The notes under the pieces: generated by a model
What the model saw: only the letters and a program-made list of their open reading frames with translations
Database searches by the model: none
What the model was told of the DNA's origin: nothing
From: Patescibacteria group bacterium
GTDB lineage: Bacteria; Patescibacteriota; Patescibacteriia; Buchananbacterales; UBA6539
Reading direction: 5' to 3'
Assembly (NCBI GenBank): GCA_028688055.1
Contig: JAQTYZ010000005.1
Coordinates: 8,634-72,633, forward strand
Length of the DNA: 64,000 nucleotides
Translations under genes and position numbers: made by a program
Shown: one piece after another, positions 47,595-56,948 of the stretch
Layout: each line of letters begins with the position of its first letter
Position numbering within the stretch: the stretch's first letter is position 1

Positions 47595-49031
47595 CTATTT
47601 TTCTAATAGCGCTATGGCCGTTTTAAGCCTTTGTAAGGAAACTGCTTGACCGAGCGCGTCAGCAATCTCAAACGGTCCTGGTGATGCTTTCCGGCCGGAA
47701 AGCGCGACGCGCATCGGCCAGAGCACGTCACCGGTGCCAATATTATTTTCAGTAATTTTGGCTTTAATAATTTTTTCAATTTTGGCGGCAGTCCAGTCGT
47801 CAATTTTTATTGGTTCAAGAATATCAATCAGTAATTTAAGGTTAACCATAATGTGTTGGGGCTTGGTTTTTTTCCAAATGAGCAAGCCGGGATCATAATT
47901 AGGGTTGGCAAAGAAAAAGCCGGTCGCCTCTGGCAGTTCACTAAGTTTTTTAATTCTTGGCTGTTCCGTTAAAACAATTTTTTCTAAATCAAATTTTTTA
48001 GTTTTAATATTAGCTTTCTCATAAAATGGTAACGACAACTCGGCTAATTTTTTTGGGGTTAGCAGTTTAATGTAATGACTGTTGAGCCAATCGAGTTTGG
48101 CAATATTAAAGACCGCCCCGGATTTATGGACGCGCTGGAGGTCAAAAGTTTTAGCCATTGTTGTCAGATCAAATATTTCTTCATTATCGCCAGGATTCCA
48201 GCCTAACAGCAAAACAAAATTTAAGAGTGCTTCAGGCAAATAACCCTGAGTTAAATAATCTTCAACGGCAACATCGCCTTGGCGTTTTGATAGTTTTGAT
48301 TTGTCAGGATTTAACAGCAGTGGCAAATGGGCGAACTGCGGGGAGTCCCAGCCAAAAGCTTGGTAAAGCAAAATATGTTTTGGCGTTGAAGATAGCCACT
48401 CCTCACCACGGATAACATGGCTAATACTCATTTCATGGTCATCCACAACTGAAGCCAAATGATACGTCGGAAAACCGTCCGATTTGATGATAACTTGATC
48501 ATCTAATATTTTATTATCAAAATTGACCTTGCCTCTGACAATGTCGACAAACTCCGTGTTGCCGGTTTTAGGCATTTTAAAACGAATTACATGAGGTTCC
48601 CCTTTTTTAATTCTTTCGCTACATTCGTCTGATGATAGATTTCGGCATTGACCGTCATACATCGGCGGTAATTTTCGTTGGATTTGTTGACTGCGGAGTT
48701 GTTCTAATCTTTCGGTTGTGCAAAAACAATAATAGGCCTTATCTTCTTTAATTAAAACTTCGGCCATATCACGATATTTTTTTAATCGTTCCGACTGGAT
48801 CATTGGTTGATTATCCCAATTGAGGTTAAAACGAGCCAGGACGTCTTTGAGGTTTTCAATCGCGCCCTCGACTTTTCGTGACTGGTCAGTATCTTCAATT
48901 CGGAGCATAAATTCACCGTCGTTTTGTTTGGCAAAAAGGTAATTGTATAAAGCCGTTCGAAGACCACCGACATGTAAAAAGCCGGTTGGGCTAGGGGCGA
49001 AGCGAGTTTTGATTTTGGTTGAGGTTGACAT
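47595..49031 (-). CDS. gltX: glutamyl-tRNA synthetase
   Basis: RFAPSPTGFLHVGGLRTALYNY (HIGH region), KLSKRQG (KMSKS variant). Confidence 0.95.
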   Translation of the reverse strand: MSTSTKIKTRFAPSPTGFLHVGGLRTALYNYLFAKQNDGEFMLRIEDTDQSRKVEGAIENLKDVLARFNLNWDNQPMIQSERLKKYRDMAEVLIKEDKAYYCFCTTERLEQLRSQQIQRKLPPMYDGQCRNLSSDECSERIKKGEPHVIRFKMPKTGNTEFVDIVRGKVNFDNKILDDQVIIKSDGFPTYHLASVVDDHEMSISHVIRGEEWLSSTPKHILLYQAFGWDSPQFAHLPLLLNPDKSKLSKRQGDVAVEDYLTQGYLPEALLNFVLLLGWNPGDNEEIFDLTTMAKTFDLQRVHKSGAVFNIAKLDWLNSHYIKLLTPKKLAELSLPFYEKANIKTKKFDLEKIVLTEQPRIKKLSELPEATGFFFANPNYDPGLLIWKKTKPQHIMVNLKLLIDILEPIKIDDWTAAKIEKIIKAKITENNIGTGDVLWPMRVALSGRKASPGPFEIADALGQAVSLQRLKTAIALLEK

Positions 49032-49034
49032 AAG

Positions 49035-49418
49035 GTGATTTTACACGTAAACTGCCGTCGTGGTCAAAGGAGGGCCAGCAGCTTGAAAAAAATCACTGGC
49101 GTTATGAGTCTAGATATTCAAAAAGCCTGGGAAAACGCACCGAGATTTAGTCCTGATGCAAATGGTTTTTTGCCTAAAGAGGCTAAGCCGCTGAGAGTGG
49201 AGGAAGAAATTTTCGGTGCCATCATTGATGCAAGTATTAGGGGCGATGGTGCAATACGAGTGCATCGTCTCGATTTTCCCGGTAAGGGCAAGCGACATAC
49301 TCAGCTAATTAGCTGGGAGCGTCACGGTGATAGCCGACTGTTTAGTTGTGTCACTGAAGAGCCTATGGCTCATAGATACCGAATAATGTTGGAGACCGGT
49401 AGTCTCGGTGACTGCTAG
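49035..49418 (+). CDS. doubtful ORF in a G+C-rich spacer between two minus-strand genes (GTG start, no SD)
   Basis: Open frame only. The same 387 nt is the long 5' leader of gltX on the opposite strand. Confidence 0.25.
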   Translation: MILHVNCRRGQRRASSLKKITGVMSLDIQKAWENAPRFSPDANGFLPKEAKPLRVEEEIFGAIIDASIRGDGAIRVHRLDFPGKGKRHTQLISWERHGDSRLFSCVTEEPMAHRYRIMLETGSLGDC

Positions 49419-50192
49419 CTAGCGATCTTTGTCACGATTTTTTCTGAGGCCTGCGTTAAGCAGCCTTTTTTTTATAATCAAAAAAGGAAAGACAAAAACG
49501 GCAGTGCAAATTCTGGGCCAGCGGTTTGGTTCATTGATAAGCCGAAATAGCCATTCCAGACCGATTTTTTGCATCCAGGCTGGTGCTCGTAAGATTGATC
49601 CGGAAATATAATCAAACGCTCCCCCAACTCCGATGGCCAGCCTGACTGAAGGCAAGCGGTCTAAATTATAAAAAATCCATTTTTCCTGCTTAACTTGTCC
49701 AAAGGCGACAAATAAAATTTGTGGCTTAGCAAAATTAATTTGATTAATAAGTTTTTGGTTGATTTCAGTTGGATCAATAATAACACCGCCGTCGTCAGCC
49801 CCGCTGACATTTAAATTGGGAAAATTTTCTGTTAAGACATCAGCGGCGGCTTGGGCGACACCTTCCCAGGCGCCTAATAAATACACCGAGTAATTTTTTT
49901 GTTCAGCGAGTTCAGCCAAGCTCCAAACTAAATCAACGCCGGTAACGCGTTGAAGATTTTGGCCTTGAAATTTTGCCGCTTTAATCAGACCCACGCCGTC
50001 GGCCACCGCAATATCGGAGTAGTTTAAAATTTCTTTAAAATGTGAATCATGTTCAGCAGCGACTAGAAATTCCGGATTAGCCGTGACAACGTAGTGCTGG
50101 TTTTCCGAATTGATAAAACGATCAGCTTGTTCTAGCACTTCTTGCAGGGACAGGTTATCAATCTGAACACCCAAAATTTCAACTTTTTCCAT
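49419..50192 (-). CDS. WecB/TagA/CpsF-family glycosyltransferase (GT26)
   Basis: Collinear with TagA/WecG-type N-acetylmannosaminyltransferases (VTANPEFLV..., C-terminal EWLFRL). Confidence 0.8.
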   Translation of the reverse strand: MEKVEILGVQIDNLSLQEVLEQADRFINSENQHYVVTANPEFLVAAEHDSHFKEILNYSDIAVADGVGLIKAAKFQGQNLQRVTGVDLVWSLAELAEQKNYSVYLLGAWEGVAQAAADVLTENFPNLNVSGADDGGVIIDPTEINQKLINQINFAKPQILFVAFGQVKQEKWIFYNLDRLPSVRLAIGVGGAFDYISGSILRAPAWMQKIGLEWLFRLINEPNRWPRICTAVFVFPFLIIKKRLLNAGLRKNRDKDR

Positions 50193-50600
50193 CGTGATTT
50201 AATTTAGGTGGTAAGGCACTGGCTCTAAATCGCTGAACCTTTTGTGGTCCGGTCGCTTTAAATTGGCTTTTGGACGTGAATCTTGTGACCTTTGACTTAT
50301 TGTAACGGCGCGATGAATGATCACGCATAATTATTAAAGTTAAATGTTTTTAGGGGTCGATACCTCGATCCGTCGGTTCCTAAATCGCTACTAAACAAGT
50401 TGATTTAATTAATTAGCAGTTTAAAGTTTTTGCGGGCGGCACCAAAATTAAAATGATTGGCATTTTTTATAGTGGTTGCCTCACTCCTCGTTTGGTTTGC
50501 CGTTTCATCAATGTTTAAGACAATAAAAAACTCAGCTTGTCATAATTGAATTGTATCATCAAATAATGCTATAATCAAGATAATAATCAATATTATACCG

Positions 50601-51941
50601 ATGAAATTGAAGAGGTTTATTTTTTTGTTGTTCCTATTTTTTTCGCTTTACCCATTTGGTGCCAAAGCGGAATTTTATTTTAATCCACATTTTATTATCA
50701 GTGATGATGAAGCGACTGATTTTACTTCCCTATCACTTCAGGGTATTCAGAATTTTTTGGCTGACAATGGCAGCGCTTTAGCTAGGCTGACTTTGCCTGA
50801 TTATGAAGGTAATGACAAAACCGCCGCGGAAATAATCTGGAATGCTTCTCAAGAGAGTCGGATTAGTCCAAAATTGCTTTTAGCCACCTTGCAAAAGGAA
50901 CAGAGTTTAGTTACCTCGCCAATTCCGACGCAAAATCAGCTTAATAAGGCGATGGGTTATCGTTGTCCCGATAATGGCGTTTGTAATCCTAAGGCCTTCG
51001 GCTTTGGCAAGCAAGTTGATGCTGCAGCGTGGCAGTTTCGACAGTACTTTAATAATCCATCAGATTGGTATTTTAGGCCCAATCAGACCTATAACATTGA
51101 TGGTTTTACAATTTCACCGGCTAATCAGGCCACGGCCTCACTTTATAATTATACGCCGCACGAATCAGGTAATCGTCATTTTTGGCAGATCTGGCAGAAT
51201 TTTTGGGGCAAGGATTTTCCCGACGGTTCTTTAATTAAAGCTAGTGGCGATCCAGCGGTTTGGCTGGTTCAGTATGGCACGCGTCGGCCAATCGCTTCCT
51301 GGTCAGTTTTGCTATCTAGGTTTGATCCAAAAAAGATTGTCACTGTTAATCTGGCCGATTTAGAAAAATATGAAGTTGGCCCGGCTATTAAATTCACTAA
51401 TTATTCTTTGCTTAAGCGTCCCGACGGACAAGTGTTTTTGTTGGTTGATGATGAGTTAAGACATATCGCTTCGGAAGAAGTTTTCCGTAATATTGGTTTT
51501 AATTGGGCTGAAGTTGAGGCGGTGACAGACAGCGATTTAGCGGCTTACTTCTATGGTACAGAAATTACCTTAGAGAGTGCTTACCCGGTCGGCGCGTTGT
51601 TGCAGGATAAAATAACTGGCGGGGTTTATTTTGTAGAAAATGGCATTAAACATCCAGTCACTGCTTATGACATTATGATTGTCAATTTTAAAAATCGGGT
51701 TTTAACAACTGTTAGCACCCAAGAGTTAGATAAATACCAAACTGGCAATCCGGTACTATTTCGTGATGGTGAGTTAATTCAGGCTAATGGTGACCCGAAG
51801 GTTTATGTCATTTCCAATGGTACCAGACGCTGGATTATGACCGCTGATGCGTTTGCTAAATTTGGCTATAAATGGGATAATATTATTGTAACTTCTTCGT
51901 CAACGGTGGCATTACATCCGCTCGGCGATAATATTGAATAG
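50601..51941 (+). CDS. secreted protein with repeated about 70-aa modules (cell-wall-binding-like repeats)
   Basis: Signal peptide. Three recurring blocks: GDPAVWLVQYGTRRPIASWSVL, DGQVFLLVDDELRHIASEEVF and GDPKVYVISNGTRRWIMTADAF. Confidence 0.45.
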   Translation: MKLKRFIFLLFLFFSLYPFGAKAEFYFNPHFIISDDEATDFTSLSLQGIQNFLADNGSALARLTLPDYEGNDKTAAEIIWNASQESRISPKLLLATLQKEQSLVTSPIPTQNQLNKAMGYRCPDNGVCNPKAFGFGKQVDAAAWQFRQYFNNPSDWYFRPNQTYNIDGFTISPANQATASLYNYTPHESGNRHFWQIWQNFWGKDFPDGSLIKASGDPAVWLVQYGTRRPIASWSVLLSRFDPKKIVTVNLADLEKYEVGPAIKFTNYSLLKRPDGQVFLLVDDELRHIASEEVFRNIGFNWAEVEAVTDSDLAAYFYGTEITLESAYPVGALLQDKITGGVYFVENGIKHPVTAYDIMIVNFKNRVLTTVSTQELDKYQTGNPVLFRDGELIQANGDPKVYVISNGTRRWIMTADAFAKFGYKWDNIIVTSSSTVALHPLGDNIE

Positions 51942-51949
51942 AATTATTT

Positions 51950-52747
51950 ATGCCTTTAGTTTTTGCAGGTATTTTGCCACATCCGCCGGTGCTGATACCG
52001 GAAATTGGCAAAGACCATGTTAAAAAATTAGCTAAAACCCAAGCGGCTTTTAAAGCTTTGGAACAAGATTTGTATGCGGCAAAGCCTGATAGTATTTTAA
52101 TCATCTCGCCGCACGGCAATGTTTTGAATGACGCTTTTAATATTAATTTATGTTCAGATTATAAAGCTAATTTTAAAGACTTTGGTGATTTTGGTTTGGA
52201 ATTGAGCTTTCATAGTGATTATATGTCAATTCAACAGATCAGAGCTGCCGACGAGAGTAATGACAAAGTGCCGATTGTCCTGACCAGTGAAGAAAATATT
52301 GATCACGGTTTTTCAGTTCCTTTGTATTTTTTAACTAAACATCTTAAAAGTCTGCCGATTATTCCGGTGACCTATTCGAATTTGGATTATCAACAACATT
52401 TTGAATTTGGCGATTTTTTGTATCAACAACTGTCAAAAATAAATAAACGCTTTGCCGTGATTGCCTCGGCTGATTTGTCTCACAAATTATCAAAAACAGC
52501 ACCAGCTGGTTATTTGGCGAAAGCGAAAGATTTTGACAAAAAAATTGTTGAAATGTTGAGGAAAAAAGATGTCGATGGTTTTTTGAAGATTGATCCAGCG
52601 GCCGTCAAAGAAGCGGAAGTTTGTGGCATTCGATCAATAATAATTTTTTTGGGAATTATCAAGGAGATGAATATGAAGCCAGAATTGCTTTCCTATGAAA
52701 GTCCCTTTGGTGTCGGTTATGCAGTTTTAAGCTATAAGCCGGTTTAG
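51950..52747 (+). CDS. LigB/MEMO1-superfamily protein (class III extradiol dioxygenase-like)
   Basis: N-terminal ILPHPPVLIPE and LIISPHGNV fit the LigB subunit-B family pattern. Roughly 265 aa. Confidence 0.5.
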   Translation: MPLVFAGILPHPPVLIPEIGKDHVKKLAKTQAAFKALEQDLYAAKPDSILIISPHGNVLNDAFNINLCSDYKANFKDFGDFGLELSFHSDYMSIQQIRAADESNDKVPIVLTSEENIDHGFSVPLYFLTKHLKSLPIIPVTYSNLDYQQHFEFGDFLYQQLSKINKRFAVIASADLSHKLSKTAPAGYLAKAKDFDKKIVEMLRKKDVDGFLKIDPAAVKEAEVCGIRSIIIFLGIIKEMNMKPELLSYESPFGVGYAVLSYKPV

Positions 52748-52756
52748 TTGATTTGT

Positions 52757-53056
52757 TTATTTAGTCGCGGCCGCCGGGTCGTTTTTTTTGTTGCCCAAAC
52801 TGGCGACTACTTTAAAAAAATAGCGCCATGGTTCGCCGGTTTGGCAAAGCTCCTTAGTTTCGTTTAAGCATTTTTCGATGAAAATTTTGTCGTATTTTTT
52901 GCAGACTGAAAAAACTGAGTTTCTTTTTGCCGCCGGGATGCCAAGATCAGTGATCACCTTAAGAGCTAAATCTTGCCATTGATAAGCTGGGGCTTTAGCC
53001 GTTTTTTTTTGGCTTAAAATATCATTAAAATTTTGGAAGCCTTGATTGGTTGGCAT
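52757..53056 (-). CDS. hypothetical 99-aa protein
   Basis: ORF only, no recognisable motif. Confidence 0.35.
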   Translation of the reverse strand: MPTNQGFQNFNDILSQKKTAKAPAYQWQDLALKVITDLGIPAAKRNSVFSVCKKYDKIFIEKCLNETKELCQTGEPWRYFFKVVASLGNKKNDPAAATK

Positions 53057-53107
53057 AGCTTGATTATATCAGAACCAAGAGTATAAAAAAAAGAGCTGAT
53101 TGGTATA

Positions 53108-53251
53108 TTACAGCTCCCAGGTGTTGACATCAAAGTCTTCGATGTCATTGGTTAGGCAGAGGAGGACTATAAAGCATAAGCCTCCAACAGTCACAACTAG
53201 CCCAATTAGGGCCAATACGACAACGATGGCGATTCCGAGATAGTACAACAT
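53108..53251 (-). CDS. 47-aa single-TM peptide MLYYLGIAIVVVLALIGLVVTVGGLCFIVLLCLTNDIEDFDVNTWEL
   Basis: Below the track cutoff. SD aaggagaagtcatagATG. Start abuts the stop of the upstream small membrane ORF. Confidence 0.35.
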   Translation of the reverse strand: MLYYLGIAIVVVLALIGLVVTVGGLCFIVLLCLTNDIEDFDVNTWEL

Positions 53252-53443
53252 CTATGACTTCTCCTTGGCACCACGTGCCATGGCTACCGCCGTTAGGATG
53301 TAACAAAACGGCAGTAAGATGACGTCTTTAAGTAAGGAACGCCAACCTCGCCACTCCACCCAAATTCCGATCGCTAGACGCAGGCCGATGGCCAGATAAA
53401 ACAGAATGCCCGCGGCAAAAAATTCAAGTGCGGCAACGATCAT
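53252..53443 (-). CDS. 63-aa two-TM small membrane protein
   Basis: SD (tgagggagggctcgacATG on the reverse complement). G+C-rich patch. Hydrophobic throughout. Confidence 0.4.
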   Translation of the reverse strand: MIVAALEFFAAGILFYLAIGLRLAIGIWVEWRGWRSLLKDVILLPFCYILTAVAMARGAKEKS

Positions 53444-53531
53444 GTCGAGCCCTCCCTCATGTAGTTAACGATATTATTGGTAATTTATCTTAAATTGTTG
53501 GTACTGTCAATTTATCCCCAAGCGGTAATAG

Positions 53532-53560
53532 CTTTTACTTTTGACAATTTCTACCAGTGC
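53532..53560 (+). promoter_or_regulatory. sigma70 consensus promoter TTGACA - 17 nt - TATAAT
   Basis: Exact consensus hexamers. Followed about 18 nt downstream by hairpin cctccaa-gcgg-ttggagg plus T-run. Confidence 0.5.
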
Positions 53561-53642
53561 GGTATAATTATTGTTTCCAGAACAATTATCCCTCCAAGCG
53601 GTTGGAGGTTTTTCATTTTTTTAGTCAAATAAAAATAAAAAT

Positions 53643-53780
53643 ATGCCCCAAAATTTTGATTCCTTGGTTGATGAGCTGAAGCATTGTTTGACCCTGCAAC
53701 TGGAAGCTTATCAAAAAAAAGATTGGCATAGTTATCGCCAACTTGAGCGTAAAATCCTGGAAATTGAACAATCCATCTAG
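53643..53780 (+). CDS. 45-aa hypothetical peptide MPQNFDSLVDELKHCLTLQLEAYQKKDWHSYRQLERKILEIEQSI
   Basis: Small ORF between the promoter/hairpin and def. No SD. Coding status uncertain. Confidence 0.25.
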   Translation: MPQNFDSLVDELKHCLTLQLEAYQKKDWHSYRQLERKILEIEQSI

Positions 53781-53813
53781 TTGACTTATTTAGTGTGATA
53801 TAATATAATAAGC
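53781..53813 (+). promoter_or_regulatory. promoter TTGACT - 17 nt - TATAAT upstream of def
   Basis: Hexamers read directly. The -10 lies 11 nt before the def ATG region. Confidence 0.5.
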
Positions 53814-53818
53814 AACTT

Positions 53819-54316
53819 ATGGCATTATTAACACTAAAAATTTATCCCGAGCCGATTTTGCGCTCCCAGGCCAAAACATTGACTACTGAAGAGTTGCGAA
53901 GCCAAGAAATTCAGCAACTCATTTTGGATATGGGCCAGACTATGCAGCAAGCCGATGGTGTTGGTTTGGCGGCGCCGCAAGTTGGCAAGTCGATCAGTCT
54001 GGCGGTTATTAATACGGAAGACGGTAATTTAGTTCTGATTAATCCGAAGATTAGTTATAAATCATGGCGTCAGGAGTTGGGTGAAGAAGGTTGTTTGAGT
54101 ATTCCCAAAGTATTTGGTCTGGTTAAGCGTTCAATAAAAATCAAAATAACGGCCCTTGATCAAACCGGCAAAAAAATTAAATTTACGGCCACGGGTATGT
54201 TCGCCCGTGTCATTCAACATGAAATTGACCACCTTAACGGCGTGCTGTTTATTGATAAGGCTAAGGAAATTAGCAGTGGCCAAGAAATCCTAAAGACCAT
54301 GCAAAAACAAAAATAA
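53819..54316 (+). CDS. def: peptide deformylase
   Basis: GVGLAAPQVG, EGCLS, HEIDHLNG motifs. Confidence 0.95.
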   Translation: MALLTLKIYPEPILRSQAKTLTTEELRSQEIQQLILDMGQTMQQADGVGLAAPQVGKSISLAVINTEDGNLVLINPKISYKSWRQELGEEGCLSIPKVFGLVKRSIKIKITALDQTGKKIKFTATGMFARVIQHEIDHLNGVLFIDKAKEISSGQEILKTMQKQK

Positions 54317-54317
54317 T

Positions 54318-55250
54318 ATGAGCGTTGAGCCTAAAATTATTTTTTTGGGTACACCCGATTTTGCTTTGCCAACCTTACGGCTCCTAATTGAAAATAACTT
54401 AAAACCGGAAATTGTTATCACTCAACCTGATAAGCCAGCCGGTCGCGGTTATAAAATGTCTCCCCCGCCGGTCAAGGAGTTGGCGACGGAAGTTGGTATT
54501 AAGGTTATTCAGCCAAATAGTCGGCAAGATTTAACGGAATTTTTTAAGCAAAATAGTTTCGATCTTGCCGTTTTAGTCGCCTACGGCATGATCATTCCTA
54601 ATGCTGTTTTGGCCGCATCAAAATGCGGTTTTTTAAATCTTCACCCTTCACTGCTGCCAAAATACCGCGGTTCCTCGCCTATTCAGGCCGCTATTTTAAA
54701 CGGTGATAAAGTTAGTGGCGTCTCTATTATAAAATTAACCGCTAAAATGGATGCCGGTCCAATCTTGGCTCAGCAAGAAGTTCAAATTTTAGCCGCGGAC
54801 ACCGCCGAGCTTTTATTTGGAAAAATGGCTAAAGTCGGTGCGGAATTAATGGTTAGGACAGTTAACCAATGTTTAAGCGGTCAAGGACTGGAAACGATTC
54901 AAGATGAGACGCAGGCAAGTTATACCGATAAAATAAATAAAGAAGCTGGACACGTTAATTGGACAAAGTCCGCTTCGGAAATTTATCGTCAATTTCGAGC
55001 TTTTTCTCCTTGGCCGGGTCTATACACTTTTTTTGGCGGTAAGCGGCTAAGAATCTTAAATTTGAGGGTTATAGAGGATGCTGGTGATCGAGCGCCAGGT
55101 TTAACTTTTAGCGTTGGCAACGGTTTTGGGGTGGCCTGTGGCCACGGTGGAGTTGAGCTTACCAAAATTCAACCGGAGGGCAAAAAACCAATGGACAGTC
55201 ACGAATTTATTTTGGGTAATCGAGAAGTTTTGGGTCAAATTTTAAAATAG
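54318..55250 (+). CDS. fmt: methionyl-tRNA formyltransferase
   Basis: Formyltransferase N-domain (SLLPKYRGSSPIQ) and C-terminal domain. def-fmt pairing. Confidence 0.9.
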   Translation: MSVEPKIIFLGTPDFALPTLRLLIENNLKPEIVITQPDKPAGRGYKMSPPPVKELATEVGIKVIQPNSRQDLTEFFKQNSFDLAVLVAYGMIIPNAVLAASKCGFLNLHPSLLPKYRGSSPIQAAILNGDKVSGVSIIKLTAKMDAGPILAQQEVQILAADTAELLFGKMAKVGAELMVRTVNQCLSGQGLETIQDETQASYTDKINKEAGHVNWTKSASEIYRQFRAFSPWPGLYTFFGGKRLRILNLRVIEDAGDRAPGLTFSVGNGFGVACGHGGVELTKIQPEGKKPMDSHEFILGNREVLGQILK

Positions 55251-55269
55251 AGTAGCTAAAAAAATCGCC

Positions 55270-56751
55270 TTAGCTTAAGCGGTTTTTTTGGTTGGTAAAT
55301 ATGGCCGATGATAGCAGAACAAAACTGATACCAAGTGGGTGGTTTAAATATGGTGAAAAAATATTAGTGACTGTCAGGGCGACTAAAGCCGAAATAAAAC
55401 CAATGGCAATTATTTTATTTTCGTGGTCGGGTTTTAAGGCTTTACTGATGATTGCCACGATCAAAAAAAGATAAGCGGCTAGGCCCAAGAAGCCAATTTT
55501 TAACCAAATATCCAGATAACCCCACTCAAAAGCGTAGGTGGTGAATTTGCCGTCAGGGTTAGTCTGTCGAATTCTGGGGTCGTCGCTTTGGTAAGTCAAC
55601 TCTTTACCAAAGCCAAAGCCAAAAATTGGCTGTTGGGTAATGGCGTTGGCCAACGGTTTTAACTCATTGAGTCGAGTCAACCCGGCGGGTTCAGCCGGCA
55701 GGTTGCTGAATCTTTGCGTTAAAGGATTAGCGCTGAAATTGCCAGAAATTATCTGCAGTAAAAAAATTTGGCTGATGATAACAATGATGGTGGTGAGTAA
55801 AATGACAATTATTTTTTTTAGACTTAATTTAATAATGACTTTGGCCAAAATAATTAACAATAAAAAAGCGGCCATAGCACCCAGCCAAAAACTCCGCGAC
55901 TGGCTGATTATTAAACTAAAGGACATTAAATACACGTAACCAAATGATAATAAAATTGTATTTTTGGTTTGGGCATTCTTTTTGGCAAAAAATACCAGTC
56001 CCAGAACAATAAATAGACCAATTAAGATGTAAATTTGCGACTGGAAAAAGATTCGAAAAACGCTGCCGGAAACGTAGGTAATCTCGCCGACGCCGGTCGC
56101 ACGGATCCAACGATATATCGTTCCGCCAAGGCTGGTAAAATTGTGGGCGAAGAGGATTAATAAAATAACGGTTTTTAGCGCTAAAGTAACGGTGCCGGCG
56201 GTAATGACCGCCAGCATGTTCGAAATTAATTTTTCATTGTAATCAAGATAAAAAAATACGCCCAGTAACGTCAAAAAAAGCCAGGCGTTGGCGTCATAAT
56301 AAACTAGGCTCGGGCTAAAATGGCGGCTGCCATTAAAAATACCAACGGCCATGGCGATAAATAGTAGCAGATAGGCGGTTGAAATTAGGCGGTTAGTAGC
56401 TAGCAGTGAACGGACATTGTTAAAATTTTTCGTTGACCAAAGTTTGACGATGATCAAAATCAGCCAGGCTAACAGGGTAATACTGAAAAGCGCTATCCGG
56501 ATGGAAACAAGGTGCCCAAAAATTTCAGTTGAAAAAAGATAACCTTTGCCGCCGATAACCAGCTCACCTAAAACAATTAGTAAACCATATTCCAGTTTTT
56601 TAAAAGCCGCGGTGGCGGTGGTAATAATAATAACGATAAAAAGTAGCGGCCCAAGGGCTGGGATTAAATAACTAAGTAATGAAAACAGCTCAGCTAAAAT
56701 GATGAGCAGTGCTGTTAGTTGAAAGGTTTTGCCAAATAAGGTCTGGCTCAT
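55270..56751 (-). CDS. O-antigen ligase / Wzy-type polymerase-like polytopic membrane protein
   Basis: More than 10 TM segments and a Wzy_C-like block (SQSRSFWLGAMAAFLL). Start set at MSQTLFG because the longer track ORF would read through an intrinsic terminator hairpin. Confidence 0.55.
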   Translation of the reverse strand: MSQTLFGKTFQLTALLIILAELFSLLSYLIPALGPLLFIVIIITTATAAFKKLEYGLLIVLGELVIGGKGYLFSTEIFGHLVSIRIALFSITLLAWLILIIVKLWSTKNFNNVRSLLATNRLISTAYLLLFIAMAVGIFNGSRHFSPSLVYYDANAWLFLTLLGVFFYLDYNEKLISNMLAVITAGTVTLALKTVILLILFAHNFTSLGGTIYRWIRATGVGEITYVSGSVFRIFFQSQIYILIGLFIVLGLVFFAKKNAQTKNTILLSFGYVYLMSFSLIISQSRSFWLGAMAAFLLLIILAKVIIKLSLKKIIVILLTTIIVIISQIFLLQIISGNFSANPLTQRFSNLPAEPAGLTRLNELKPLANAITQQPIFGFGFGKELTYQSDDPRIRQTNPDGKFTTYAFEWGYLDIWLKIGFLGLAAYLFLIVAIISKALKPDHENKIIAIGFISALVALTVTNIFSPYLNHPLGISFVLLSSAIFTNQKNRLS

Positions 56752-56771
56752 AGTTACAGTATACCGCAAAA

Positions 56772-56833
56772 AGACAAAAAAAAGAGGCTCCGCCGGACCT
56801 CTCATAATGTTACTGAAAAGGCTTTGGCGGAGC
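56772..56833 (-). terminator. intrinsic terminator for the upstream minus-strand gene (ggctccgcc...ggcggagcc + T8 on minus strand)
   Basis: 9-bp GC-rich stem with the poly-T tail on the minus strand (plus-strand A-run 56769-56783). Confidence 0.7.
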
Positions 56834-56878
56834 CACCGTTAATGCGCGATCCAGGAGATTCTCCGGATCGGAAGTCTT

Positions 56879-56888
56879 GGGGGGGGGG
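56879..56888. repeat. G10/C10 homopolymeric tract
   Basis: Ten consecutive G in the 3' UTR/intergenic region between two minus-strand envelope genes. Flanked by hairpins gatccaggaga/tctccggatc and gtagggc-tttat-gccctac. Confidence 0.6.
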
Positions 56889-56948
56889 TAGGGCTTTATG
56901 CCCTACTTGATACTGCTGGCCTTAAGCCGCTTTACACCTGTGCGTGGG

